Of a stretch of DNA of 64,000 nucleotides, positions 1 to 11,289 are shown one piece after another. Under the pieces are notes generated by a model. The model was not told the DNA's origin. It saw only the letters and a list, made by a program, of their open reading frames with translations, and did no database searches. The stretch is from Carcharhinus longimanus. Its lineage: Eukaryota. Every line of letters begins with the position of its first letter. Positions within the stretch are counted from its first letter, which is position 1. The DNA lies in contig JASCQW010000105.1 in NCBI GenBank assembly GCA_030264375.1, positions 45,576,540 through 45,640,539 of the forward strand, written 5' to 3'. The translations under genes and the position numbers were made by a program.

Positions 1-47
1 CAATCAACATTCATTTCCTGGTCATTATGTCTGAACTAGCTTTTCAA

Positions 48-735
48 AGGAACAAAGAACAGTACAATGGAGGAACAGGCCCTTCGGCCCTTAAGTCTGC
101 GCTGAAATATGATGCCTTTCTAAGCTAAAGACCTTTTGCCTCTACGTGGTCTATATCTCTCTATTCCCTGCTTATTCACCTATCCATCTTAGAAAAGCTA
201 AAGATTATCTTTCATCAGACATTTACAGACACAATTTCAGAAAGCAGTTAAGAATCAACAGTGCTGGGGATCTAAAGTCACATGTAGACTCTTAAATGTT
301 GCTATTGTATCTGCTTCTACCACTTCCTCTGGCAGTGCATCCAAGCGCTTATTGACCTCTGTGTAAAAAAACTTGCCTCATACATCTCCTTTAAACTTTC
401 CCCTTTTAACTTTAAACCTATATCCCCTTTTAATTGACAGATCCACCCTGGGAAAAAAGACTCCTATTATCCATTCTATCCACACCTCTCATAATTTGGT
501 AAATTTCTATTAGGCCACCTCTCAAACACTGACGTTGAAATGAAAACAAACCAAGTTTGTCCAATCTCTTCTCACAGTTAATACCATTTAACCAGGCAAC
601 ATTGTGGTAAACTTTTTTTGTACCGTCTCCAAAGCCTCCACAACCTTCTGGTAGTGTGGCAACCAGAACTGTATGCAATATTGCAAATAAGGCCTAACTA
701 AAGTTCAATGCTTCTGCAACATGACATGTCAATTT
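48..735 (-). mobile_element. CR1/HER1-like LINE 3' fragment
   Basis: Reverse-complement CR1 tail at 48-95. Minus-strand frame reads RLDKLGLFSFQRQCLRGGLIEIYQIMRGVDRMD, matching the CR1 ORF2 C-terminus LGLFSLERRRLRGDLIEVYKIM. Confidence 0.85.
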
Positions 736-751
736 TTATACTCTATGCCCT

Positions 752-870
752 GGCCAATTCCAGATTATTCATTCAGTTTAAATTCTACCAAATGTTGTAG
801 TGGGATTTGAAAATTTGGCTTCTGGGACATTAGTCTATTCTTCTGGATTACTGGTTCAGTCACTAATCCA
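752..870 (-). mobile_element. tRNA-derived SINE head fragment
   Basis: tgggatttgaaa...cattagtct...tctggattactggttcagt resembles the reverse complement of the SINE head at 57617-57720. Confidence 0.55.
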
Positions 871-930
871 GCATTGCCTAATTCTTTTGAATCACAAAAT
901 TAAGCCCAATCTGGTATGGATGGACAGACA

Positions 931-1886
931 TGTTGAGTTGTTTCCCCTTTTCTCGTGAAACAGGCATTTATGCAAGTTTAAATCAAAAGAATAAATGTTT
1001 ATTTCTGACAATATCTAAAAGGTCATTGAAACAAATGATCACTCTTCACACATACTATACACATATCAAGAAAAGTTAATTTTAAAAATATCACATGCAC
1101 TTAAATTATTTATAGTGTATAAGAAATAGGTCACTTATTTTAACCGTCCACAAAATGATGGGTGGAACATTGCAGGCCTGAAAATTTCTCTTTTGGTTAT
1201 GGAAAACAAGGGAGGTTGAAAGGTTATCACTTTTCCAGCAAACCCATTGCTGTTTTCCTGTTCTAAGAAACTGTAATCCTATTGTTAAAACAAATTTAGC
1301 TACATTTCACTGCCTGAGATGGCTTTCATTTCAAGACAGAGACCAAACTTGTGCTGTGAGACTGATGGCTTCCCCCTGGTCATCTTGTCCCAAACCGATT
1401 CACTGGGCTACAATTGTGGATCATATGATGTTGGCGATCTCCAGTCAGTTTCAGTTATGTGACAACAGCATCATTGTCCACAACATGAGTTGATGAAGAT
1501 GTAATTGAAACATAATAGAGAATTAATTGCATCCCATCAACATTTCAGCCATCAGTAGCTTGCTGGGTCTCTTTATTTGAAATCTAATGTTCATGGGTCC
1601 AGTAAATCTAACAGTATAAGTCTCTTCAGTTGAAATGAAGAGGCCAGTCATCAAACCTGGGAAGGCCATTTACATTTTAATGACTTTCCAAAGACATGTC
1701 CTGACATAAGTTCATCCCTGCCTGTACATAAACACAAAACATGTCACCTGACCAGCCTAGAATCCATTTTGTGAAGGTAATTGTCCACATTTCAGGTTGC
1801 CTTTTCAATAAAGTGTCAATCTTCCAGAGACATTTTACAGTCATAGGACGTGACTGTGCCATTATATTGATCATTATAGCTGAACA
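931..1886 (-). mobile_element. possible solo LTR
   Basis: TG...CA ends with short imperfect inverted termini (TGTTGAGTT at left, AGCTGAACA at right). Minus-strand AATAAA lies ~70 bp from the left end. TSD is poor (agaca/aaacg). Confidence 0.3.
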
Positions 1887-2351
1887 AAACGCTTACTGAA
1901 ATGTTGCTGATGAAATCACTTAATTTACTGCAAGGTTCACCCAAGGACTGCAACTATAAGATTGCCTGAAGCATTTCAAGGTGTAATCAAACACAAGTTT
2001 CATTTTATAGTGAAAGTGACAAAATAGCTTGCTTGGTACTCCCAGAGATAAAATATTCTTGATAGATTTCAAGATCAGATGATGCAATGAGTTAGAAAGC
2101 ATTTTGTCCTATCATTTCTAGATTAGTGAGAATTCCACACAGGCAGAGGAAATGAAATTCACCAATCCTGGTTTGGTGTATTATTGACACCAGGACTATT
2201 AATGTAATAGAGTATTAAGTTATGGACAGAGTGTTTCCCTAACCTCGGTACATCACACAGCTACAACCACACTCATAAATGAATCAGGGGCATGCCAATC
2301 AGAGCAATGTCTGCATGAAGTGCAGAGAAGTCTGCATAGCTGTAGAGGTCA

Positions 2352-2607
2352 TGATGTGGATGTGCCGGCGTTGGATTGGGGTAAACACAGTAAAAAGTCT
2401 GACAACACCAGGTTTTAGTCCAACCGATTTNNNNNNNNNNNNNNNNNNNNNNNNNNNNNNNNNNNNNNNNNNNNNNNNNNNNNNNNNNNNNNNNNNNNNN
2501 NNNNNNNNNNNNNNNNNNNNNNNNNNNNNNACCTGACGAAGAGGGAAACCTCGAAAGCTTGTGCATTTACTATCAAATAAATCGGTTGGACTAAAACCTG
2601 GTGTTGT
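2352..2607. mobile_element. Fold-back Penelope-like non-autonomous element (family A) with hammerhead motif
   Basis: Perfect 29-bp inverted repeat at 2402-2430 / 2579-2607. Exact 15-bp TSD TAGCTGTAGAGGTCA at 2337-2351 and 2608-2622. The centre is an N gap. Confidence 0.85.
2531..2563 (+). ncRNA. minimal type-I hammerhead ribozyme motif
   Basis: CTGACGA (2533-2539), A, stem II GAGG-GAAA-CCTC, GAAA (2553-2556), then GCT (completing the AGCT palindrome of stem III), T, GTG. Confidence 0.75.
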
Positions 2608-3352
2608 TAGCTGTAGAGGTCACAGACAATGTGAGGAAATACTTGCAAATACAGAAAAATAGAAAGTCAAACAATGCCTCATTCCTTATGGTTCAGGGTT
2701 CTTGTTTACTCAAAATACTAATACTAATACTAATCGTGGTTTCCAGTTTATTTCATTGGAACTCTTTTGCATATATTGCTAGTTTAGAAAATACAGATGG
2801 CACAATCATCTCTGGTTTGTAGTCACACATTCATCAAATTAAATAGTGTTTCTTAATGTGCAGAAAATGCCCCATTACATTTACAGCCCTGAGCTAACAA
2901 TAAATAAAAGGAGACATTAAAACTCACAGTCATATAGTTAACTGCTATACAGCACAGCACCTTGATATCTAGGATAAGTTGGAGGCATTGATATTTTATT
3001 GCCAGCTGTTCCAAAGCTAGAAACTATATAGACCACTAGCCAGCTGTATGCTTCTGGGAGAGAGGGGACAAAAATGAATTGTGCCACAAATTGACACAGC
3101 TAGGCTATACTGCAAAAGAAAGTGACCATTGCTGGTTTAGCAAAATATCAAAACTAGTGCCAGCTTCTGACATGGAACGTGTACCCCTTTCTCTTCTTCC
3201 TGAAGAGTTCAGAAGGCTCAATAATACACACAATGAAATTCAATGTAAGTATTGCTTTGCTTGAAAGCAGCTGGAGATTATTCAATTATTCTGCCTTTTG
3301 ATGCTTTATTTTTCTATTTCAGGAAAGTTGGTTAGCTCTGTTGTTATACTTT

Positions 3353-3671
3353 CATAGAATCTCTACAGTGCAGAAGGAGGCCATTCAGCTCATCAAGTCT
3401 GCACCAATCATAATCCCACCCAGGCCCTATTCCAGTAACCCACATATTTACCCTATTCATCCCCCTGACACTTGGGTCAGTTTATCATGGCCAATCAACC
3501 TAACCAACACATCTTTGGTCTGTGGGAGGAAACTGAAGTACCCAGAAGAAACTGAAGCGGCACAGGGAAATATACAAACTCCACATAGTGAGTGACCTGT
3601 GACCGGAATTGAACCCTGGTCCCTGGTGCCATATGGCAGCAGTGCTAACCACTGTGCCACCGTGCTGCCCC
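3353..3671 (-). mobile_element. HE1-type tRNA-derived SINE
   Basis: Minus strand starts GGGCAGCACGGTGGCACAGTGGTTAGCACTGCTG (A box), has GGTTCAATTCC (B box), the V-domain-like core and a CTGTAGAGATTCTATG tail. Confidence 0.92.
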
Positions 3672-3926
3672 GGTCTTCAGATCTATGCTATGCTGTACCG
3701 TACATTGTGCATTACAGAATCTCTGGATACCACAATAGAGACCTGCTGATTTGTTATACAGCACTGTAGGTATCACTAGTAAAGCTCAGAATGATATTCT
3801 AGCAATTTCTGGACAGATCCAGTCACTGCAGTTTGGTTTTGTGGATCTATTTCCAGACTGGTTTATAGAGCAGCATCATTTTCTATTATTAATTGCTATG
3901 CAGTGTTCTAGAGATTGTTCTGATGC

Positions 3927-5148
3927 TGTTAGGGTTTATTAAAGTTTAAAGAGAAACCCTAACACCCACTATTAACTGACAGAAGTATACAACAAAATTC
4001 CATATTCTTAAGTAAAAACACATTTTACTTTATATTATAATTAAATAAAATGTGCAATATTAACTTAATGTGAAAATGTATGATTGATTATGCGATGAAC
4101 CCAGGTCGACTCACTCTCTGCTATGAATTTCCTTACATACTAGAGAAACTTAAAAGTTCACTCACTTCTGTAGGGACCAACCGATAAGGTATGCCACAGC
4201 ACTCTGGTTTACTTTTGATATGTTCAGTGTTCCAGCTATTCACCAATGTAATTATTATATGAATCTTTCCATGAGCTTTTTTCCAACATAATTCTCCAAC
4301 TTTTCTATAGTTCTTCGTAACTGTGGACATCTCAGTTCCTTGCTCCAATTGTTGCAGCTACCCAACTGCCTTCTCACAGCTTCTGAGCTAACTCTTCATT
4401 CTGATTTCTATCACAAGGGTCTGCGATGACCATTGTAGGATTACTTCCTCCAGCAGCAAATTGGGAAAGTTTTCCAGTCATCCTTTCCTCACTAAATACA
4501 GAGCGAGTCTGTTCCTGAGCTGTATTCCACATGGTACAGGTTAATATTTTCTCGGCTTAACATTAAAGCCTGACTAACAGTTATCTCCCGTTGGCTCTCT
4601 CAATCTGGTGAGATACAGTATTCACCAAAGCAAAACTGCAACTATCTGTTTTCTGAGTAAATGACCTGACAGCTTAAACAAAGAACTTATGACCCCAATA
4701 ACCCATCTCTCAGACAACATGTCATGCTTTGGGCTGGTCTTAAACAGAAATACAAATTAAATGCTTTACCACTGTCATAAATTGGCTCCACCAGGTAAGA
4801 ATTAATTATAAACATTTTTTAACGATCAACTATTTACAGGGTGATGAAGTTTCAATGCTCCCAGACATCACTCTAGGATCTAACTGTTGGGACAAGCCCA
4901 GATAGGTTGGCTGAAGCCCCAACTCAGTTACTGATTGGTCAGTCCAATTCATTTAACCCTTTCAGAATATCTCCCTTTAAAGGGTCAGATGTCACAACCA
5001 CCAACACAATCCATTGTATTCCTAATGGATGTAGATTTGCTTTATTTATCAAGGTACCTGCTCCCAGTCTCTTTTTATCTGGCCATGCATCAATAATTTA
5101 AACCTATAACTGACACAATTGTACACCTTATGGCACCATTACATCACA
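3927..5148 (-). mobile_element. possible solo LTR / unclassified repeat
   Basis: Minus strand runs TGTGATG...CCCTAACA with AATAAA near its end and an 11-bp terminal hairpin. No TSD seen. Confidence 0.25.
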
Positions 5149-5349
5149 AAAAAAAGACAAGCAAAATATTTATCAACCAATTACTTACTCATCTTCAAAT
5201 CTCATGTAATTAATGAGCAATTGTAAGGTTTTATGAGTTGTGGGGAGGTTTTGCAACAGTAGTAAAGGTTATTGGGGGAGGGAGCGGTGGGCTAATAGTG
5301 TTTACTAATCATAAATTAATGAATAAAAATAAATTCATATTTGATTATG

Positions 5350-5975
5350 ATGGAGGGGCAGGTGATATGTTGTGACTGCAGAGTGTGGAAGCAACTAAAT
5401 GCCAGGACAAACTTTGTGGTTTGACGATCTTTGGCTCAGTATCATTGAGCTGCAGGCCAAGCTTCAGACACTGCAATGCATCACAGAAAGGGAAAGTTAC
5501 CTGGATACTTTGTGTGAAGGGGCATTAGCACCTCTTTGGATAGGGTCTTCTGATTTAGTCTAATGGACAGGAGGTTGTGACGACAGGTAAGGCAGGTGGG
5601 ACTCAGAGATAGAAGTAGAGAAGCCTCAGCCAGTCCAATAAATTCAAGGAAACTTCAAACTGTATGGATGAAAACAGTAACTGCAGGGTGGATGAGAGAA
5701 CTGACCATGGCACTATGGTACAGGAAGCCATTCAAACAGAGATAATTAATTGGACTGTTGTGATAGTTGGGGACATTATAGTCATGGGGATAGATACAGT
5801 TCTCTGCAGCTAAGAGTGAGAGTCCAGATGGCTGAGTTACTTGCATGGGTCCTGGGTTCAGAGCACCTGTTCTGGATTAGAGAGGAACTTGCAGTGGGAG
5901 AATCCAGTGGTCATGATCCATGTAAATGCAAACTAAATAAAATTAGGAAAAATGGTTCTGCTGAGGGCATATGAT
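5350..5975 (+). mobile_element. CR1 LINE ORF1 remnant (coiled coil plus SGNH esterase domain)
   Basis: Decayed frames give VIVGDIIVMGIDTVLCS (GDSIVRG motif) and VVMIHV..N (HVGTND motif), preceded by a IELQAKLQTLQCI leucine-zipper-like stretch. Confidence 0.75.
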
Positions 5976-5989
5976 CAGTCAAATCAGGT

Positions 5990-6322
5990 GCATGCCCACA
6001 CTACATTGCCAGAGATTTCTGACACTAACTATCAAGATATTGTTGCATATCCAATTCTCAATAGAATAACAAACAGATGCATAGCCATCCGCCCACAATA
6101 GACTTTCAGGGAACAGACATGTCCCTATTTCCATAATGCCACAGGGGATCAGATAGATCTCCACCCACCTGTAAAAGGCTGCCAGAGATCAGACACATAT
6201 CCACCCACCTGCACCTGCTTGCCAGAATAAACGTCCACCAGTTACAACGGAACCACTGGGAAACAGATGCATTTCCACCCACAAACACTAGACTGCCAGG
6301 GAACAGACACAAATGAACCAGT
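5990..6322. repeat. degenerate minisatellite (~35-45 bp units)
   Basis: Recurring CCACCCAC....(A)GACTGCCAGGGAACAGACACA-like units. Confidence 0.55.
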
Positions 6323-7302
6323 AAAGCACCATTTATCAATTGCATAATCCCTNNNNNNNNNNNNNNNNNNNNNNNNNNNNNNNTGAAAGATACACTACAG
6401 AATTACCATCTTTGTTTAAATGTGGTTCCACTTTTGTTGAGATTCCTGTGATGTCAAACACCATGATAGCATATGTGACATAGGAAAGCTTTAGACAGGA
6501 CAAAGAAACAGCAGAAGACATACACAGAAGAACATTTTAACTACTCTTATATTGCTCTGATGTGGGCTTTGGCATTCCATAAGCCTTTTTGAACTGGAAC
6601 ATTTTCCCCATTGTAATAAAAGCATTTAGCCCCCTAACCCTCATCCATCACACCCTCAATCCCTCTCATGGTTCCTCATGTCCTCATCATGCATGCTTGG
6701 CTGTGAGTCAGACCAATATAAGCATTAGCTCAGCAGCAAATCCGTTTTGACAAAATGGACTGTGCAGTGTAAGTGGTTCATTGTAAATGTGAGAAATGTT
6801 ACTGAGACTGTATACCTCATCACAGGAGTGATGCGATGTCTCATGATCTTGCTCTCTCTTGTAGGCCTCATGGCAAGGAAGCCTGCATGAAGTGATGTTC
6901 CAACAATGATGAACCATTAGTCATGGAGGAGGTGGGCTAACACCATGAAAATTGGGAATGGGAGGCAGCTAGAAAATGCCTATCCCAACAATGGAGCCAG
7001 CCAGATCAGGAGTGCAGGGTGTAGAATTGGCTTGTGCTGGTGAAAATTGACACTACCAGAAATAAAGACGGAATCCTCAACTAGATCCCTCCTCTACTTT
7101 TTAAATGGCAATGGAGTTATTCCTAGCATCTGCAAAAATATAGCCCATAGACATCTAAATCCCAATGCCCCTCCATAACTCCTATTCTCTCACCATTAAG
7201 AAAACATCACGATTTACTTTCTCCGAGTTATAATTTCACACTTTTCCACACAAGACTCCACCTGCCACACCTTCACTCTCTCAACTAATTTTTTAAAAAA
7301 TA

Positions 7303-7621
7303 AAGAATTCCTACAGTACAGAAGGGGGCCATTTGGCCCATCGAGTCTGCACCAACCACAATCCCACCCAGGCCCTATCCCTGTAACTCAATGCATTTAC
7401 CTAGCTAGTCTTCCTGACATAAGGGGCAACATACCATAGCCAATCAACCTAACATGCACACCTTTGGACTGTGGGAGGAAACAAAAGTGTCCGGAAGAAA
7501 GCCATGCAGACACAAGGAGAACATGCAAACTCCACATAGATAGTGACCCAAGGCCAGGTTTGAATCGAGGTCCCAGGCGCTATGAGGCATCAGTGCTAAC
7601 CATTGCACCACCATGCCACCC
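7303..7621 (-). mobile_element. HE1-type SINE
   Basis: Collinear with 3353-3671 (cctacagtacagaagggggccatttggcccatcgagtctgcacc ... gtgctaaccattgcaccacc). Confidence 0.9.
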
Positions 7622-7624
7622 GGG

Positions 7625-7952
7625 ATTCATTCATGGAATGCAGATGTTGCTGGCTGGTCAGCATATATTGCCCATCTCTAATTGCCCTTGAGAAGGTAAT
7701 GATGATCTCATCCAAAACTCTGCTGCTCAGATTCTACTTTTCACCAAGTCCCACTCACAATTGAAATTAAGTAAACTTGCCATAGTCCCAGATAACCATA
7801 GGCTGCTCCCCCACTTTGAAGTGGAGAGCTGACTGGTGATGATTTAACCTATGGCTCACCAACCTTAGGGTTTCATGAATAGGTTCAGCCAGTACAGGAA
7901 TTGAACCTGCATTGTTGGCCATCGCTCTGCAACATGAACCAGCCATCCAGCC
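7625..7952 (-). mobile_element. CR1-type tail plus SINE fragments
   Basis: attcattcatgga..gatgttgctggctgg...attgcccttgagaagg tail, followed by a ggaattgaacc B-box-like SINE head. Confidence 0.6.
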
Positions 7953-7964
7953 CACTGAACTTAC

Positions 7965-8382
7965 TGACTCCTTTATTCACAATTAACCCCGTGCATACTA
8001 ACCTACATCGGAAGCACCTCAATTTTAAAATGCTCATTGTTATTTTCAAGACTGTCCATGTCTTCACTTCTCCAGAACTTTGTTACTGCCTTCAGATTTC
8101 TGAACTCACCTAATTCTGCCCTTTTCCCTGATTTTAATCAAGACACAGTTGAAAATTGTGCTTGAATTCATTTGGAAGCTTTGGAATTGCCTTCTTAAAC
8201 CTCTCCACCTCTCTCCTCTTCTTTAAGATGCTCCTTTAAAATCTAACTTTTTAATCAAGGTTTTGGTTTCAACATCTCCTTATGCGATTTGGTACCATAT
8301 TTGGTCTGACAACACCCCTATGAAACGCCTTGAGAATATTTTATCATATTAAAGGGGCTAGATTAATGACAGTAGCATTGTT
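7965..8382 (+). mobile_element. L2 LINE 3' end
   Basis: ttttaaaatgctcattgttattttcaa ... tgaaacgccttgaga...ttaaaggggcta...ttgttg L2-type tail, similar to 50930-51175. Confidence 0.7.
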
Positions 8383-10389
8383 GAAACAGTTGAAACCAGC
8401 GTGATGTATGTTTTCTGTGCAAGTTCAGGTCAGTTTTATTTTCCATACCTAATTGTAACTGACCCTAGTGCCCACCATGCAGTCGACAGGTAGCTTTCAT
8501 GGGCATATAACAAGTAAACTAGGAATCCTTTAAGAGTACTGCTAGAGATTACCTCTTCAAATGTTTTACTTCTCTGAATGTGGAGCCAGGTAGAATTGTG
8601 GGCCATATTAATTTTTACTGAACTATAGTGGTGGGGTAGCAGTGGGGAAATCATTGTTTCAAATTTCTATTCTTGGTCTCACTTGAGGCTAGTTAATTTT
8701 GAGGCTGTGTCCTCTGGTTCTGTGATCAGTCGATTTGCGTATGGGGAGTAGATGACCTGTATCTTTTCATACAACTGTGGATTGTTATTTTACTGTAAAC
8801 TCACAACCACTGTTTCAAAAAATCTTGACAAAAGATTGTTATGTTATTTTACCAAGCTCATTTTTATCCCCCAGAGCAATATTGTGTCCTATTAATATTT
8901 ATCAAATCTAGCCTTTGATTTCAAAGTTAAAGTTTTCTCTTATTGTGTTATCTTGTTATTATGGCTTTGAAAATCCTTTCCAATTACCTTTACCATTTCC
9001 ATGCCAACTGTTCTGGAAGTAGCAAAATGAAATTGCTCAAAGGATTTCTGTTATTTGCATCACAAAGGAATTCTCCAAGGACATAAAACTGTTGTGATAT
9101 GTAGGCATCTACAAAGCGATCAGCTTATTAAAAAGACAGCGTTCCTTTTGTAATAAGGGTATGAAACATACTGCTAACAAGACCAAAAAGGCCTACAGTC
9201 ATGGAAGCATATCACAAATCCCATCTTAAAAGCTTTTCCACTCTGTGCAACCTAAAGAGCACCTGACATTGATGAACAGATTGTACTATTTACAGCATAT
9301 ACGAGAAAAACTGCCATGGAAAGGCAGCAGCCATTAATCCCAGAGCTGAGGCATGAAATCAACATGCCAGAATTAGAGGAGCATTGAATCCTCAGGGGGA
9401 TGTGAGACTGGAGGATATTACAGAACTAGAAAGGTGTAAAGTCATAGAGGGATTTGAGCACAAAAGTTAACATTTTAAATTCAAGGTTTCGGTGGACTGA
9501 GAGCTAAGGTGGGTCAATGGGCCCAGAGAATGCAAGCTACAAAACAAAATAGCCCATCATTATTTCCTGGGTACCATTTTTATTATCTTTACCCTACCAC
9601 TGACAAAATGCCTTCTCTCGACTTCTCAGCCCCTCCCACCTTACCTCATGAGGCCCATAAAAATCCCAATCTCTTGTTGCATATTGAACTCAGTACAGCT
9701 GAGCACATTGTGGTGGATTTTGACTTTTACTGTTGGATGCGAAATGGACAAAAGCAAATCAACCATTTGGTCCAGATAATGCTTGGTGTCCTTTCTAATT
9801 ATGTCAATGAAGAAACAAAAATTGGCCAGGTGTAAAACAAGTGACCAATCTGTTATCATCTGCTTTTACCCTGCAATAAACTGACAGTTCACTCTATTGT
9901 GTCCATATGATGAACTAAGATTCATGAAAAGACCCTAAATAGATTGATTAATTTGCAAAAGTATACAGGTAATTACTTTTGTTTAAATAGAACAAATACA
10001 AATAGACCATGAAAACAGACTCTCTATCACTGCTTGCTGAATCTTGAGTTTTCATGCTTTGAAACTCAGAACAAATTTTGCATGCAATTTTCCCATTTTC
10101 TACATGGATTGATGAATATTGCATTGGGCTCCATGATGCATTACACAAAGTGTTTCATACAGAATATCCTGTAAACCTCCAGAGATTTACTCTTGGTGAA
10201 CCTTTTGAACACTACTGATATTCAGGTTTTGAGAAAAAACAGATTATATTTTACAACATATTCAGATATTGAGTACTAAAACTGAGAACTACTTGAACAA
10301 TCTGTGTACTCGTCAAAACCGAAAGCTTTTACAAAAGGTAGCATGGAATTAAAGTGATCAAAACAAATTGGATTAAAATTGAATACATT

Positions 10390-10860
10390 ACAGAAAACAG
10401 AGAATAGTTTAGACAGTTTTTAGTATGCACAATGGTGTCCCAAACAGCTGAGTGCTGGGGCATTACTGTTTATAAGAACATAAGAACATAAGAAATAGGA
10501 GCAGGAGTAGGCCATCTGGCCCTTCGAGCCTGCCCCGCCATTNNNNNNNNNNNNNNNNNNNNNNNNNNNNNNNNNNNNNNNNNNNNNNNNNNNNNNNNNN
10601 NNNNNNNNNNNNNNNNNNNNNNNNNNNNNNNNNNNNNNNNNNTCCACTTTCCGGCCCTCTCCCCATAACCCTTAATCCCCTCTCTTATCAAAAACCCATC
10701 AACCCGCTTCTTGAAAATGATATACATCAATGATTTGGATTCTCAGCAGTGGTGTCCAAGTTTGCAGAAGTTAAAGGCGAAGCTGAAAAGGAATATTGAC
10801 AAGGTACAGAGATGCAGCTTAGGGCAAATAAACTGGTCACAGTGGGACAAAACATGACGA
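10390..10860 (+). mobile_element. old CR1 RT fragment, interrupted by a younger CR1
   Basis: Decayed GVPQ.SVLG.LLF (10434-10472) resumes as IYINDLD...VSKFA after 10718. Confidence 0.65.
10474..10718 (-). mobile_element. young CR1/HER1 3' end
   Basis: (AAGAACAT)n microsatellite tail then aggagcaggagtaggcc...cttcgagcctgccccgccatt, near-identical to the copies at 31421 and 44146. Contains an N gap. Confidence 0.88.
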
Positions 10861-11289
10861 ATTGTGTGCCTCAACCTCCTGAATCATGGCAGTTGATAAC
10901 TCTATACTGATAATCTGTCTTTCATCACTCCGTATCACCTCACTCGTATGTAAGTTTGGTTAAACACCTCCTCTTTAAATGCTAAACCACCTCCTAATTG
11001 CAATTCACAGCTAATTAAGAAAAGTTGCATTTTTCCTGTTTACACTGCCTAGCATGTTGTGCTGAAAATATAGCCAATATTTTTCCACAAATTTCAAATA
11101 GGAAAATTGTGAATAATGTTTATTAACCCATATATAGCACACAAACAGCAGTTACATGCTACCCTTATTTCACTTGTGACAGCATATTTGAAAACCTGTA
11201 ACAGATAGCATTCTTACAAATTTATGATGCCATTTATGTAATGATACAGAATATACACTATGAACGATCAGCAGTGGTGAGACTTGAGA

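Noticed and set aside
2431-2530. 100-N runs as true spacer lengths
   Set aside because: They are placeholder gaps. The 44046-44145 gap, for example, must hide several hundred bases between the RT motif and the tail, so element sizes spanning gaps are uncertain.
3600-3671. tRNA-like A/B boxes as a tRNA gene
   Set aside because: They are the head of an HE1 SINE, continuous with the SINE body.
5990-6322. CRISPR-like repeat-spacer array
   Set aside because: Units are degenerate with no unique constant-length spacers, the context is eukaryotic and there are no cas genes.
10474-10860. Twin-priming 5' inversion of a CR1
   Set aside because: The plus-strand RT piece is far more decayed and continues on the other side of the insert, so this is a young CR1 nested in an old one.
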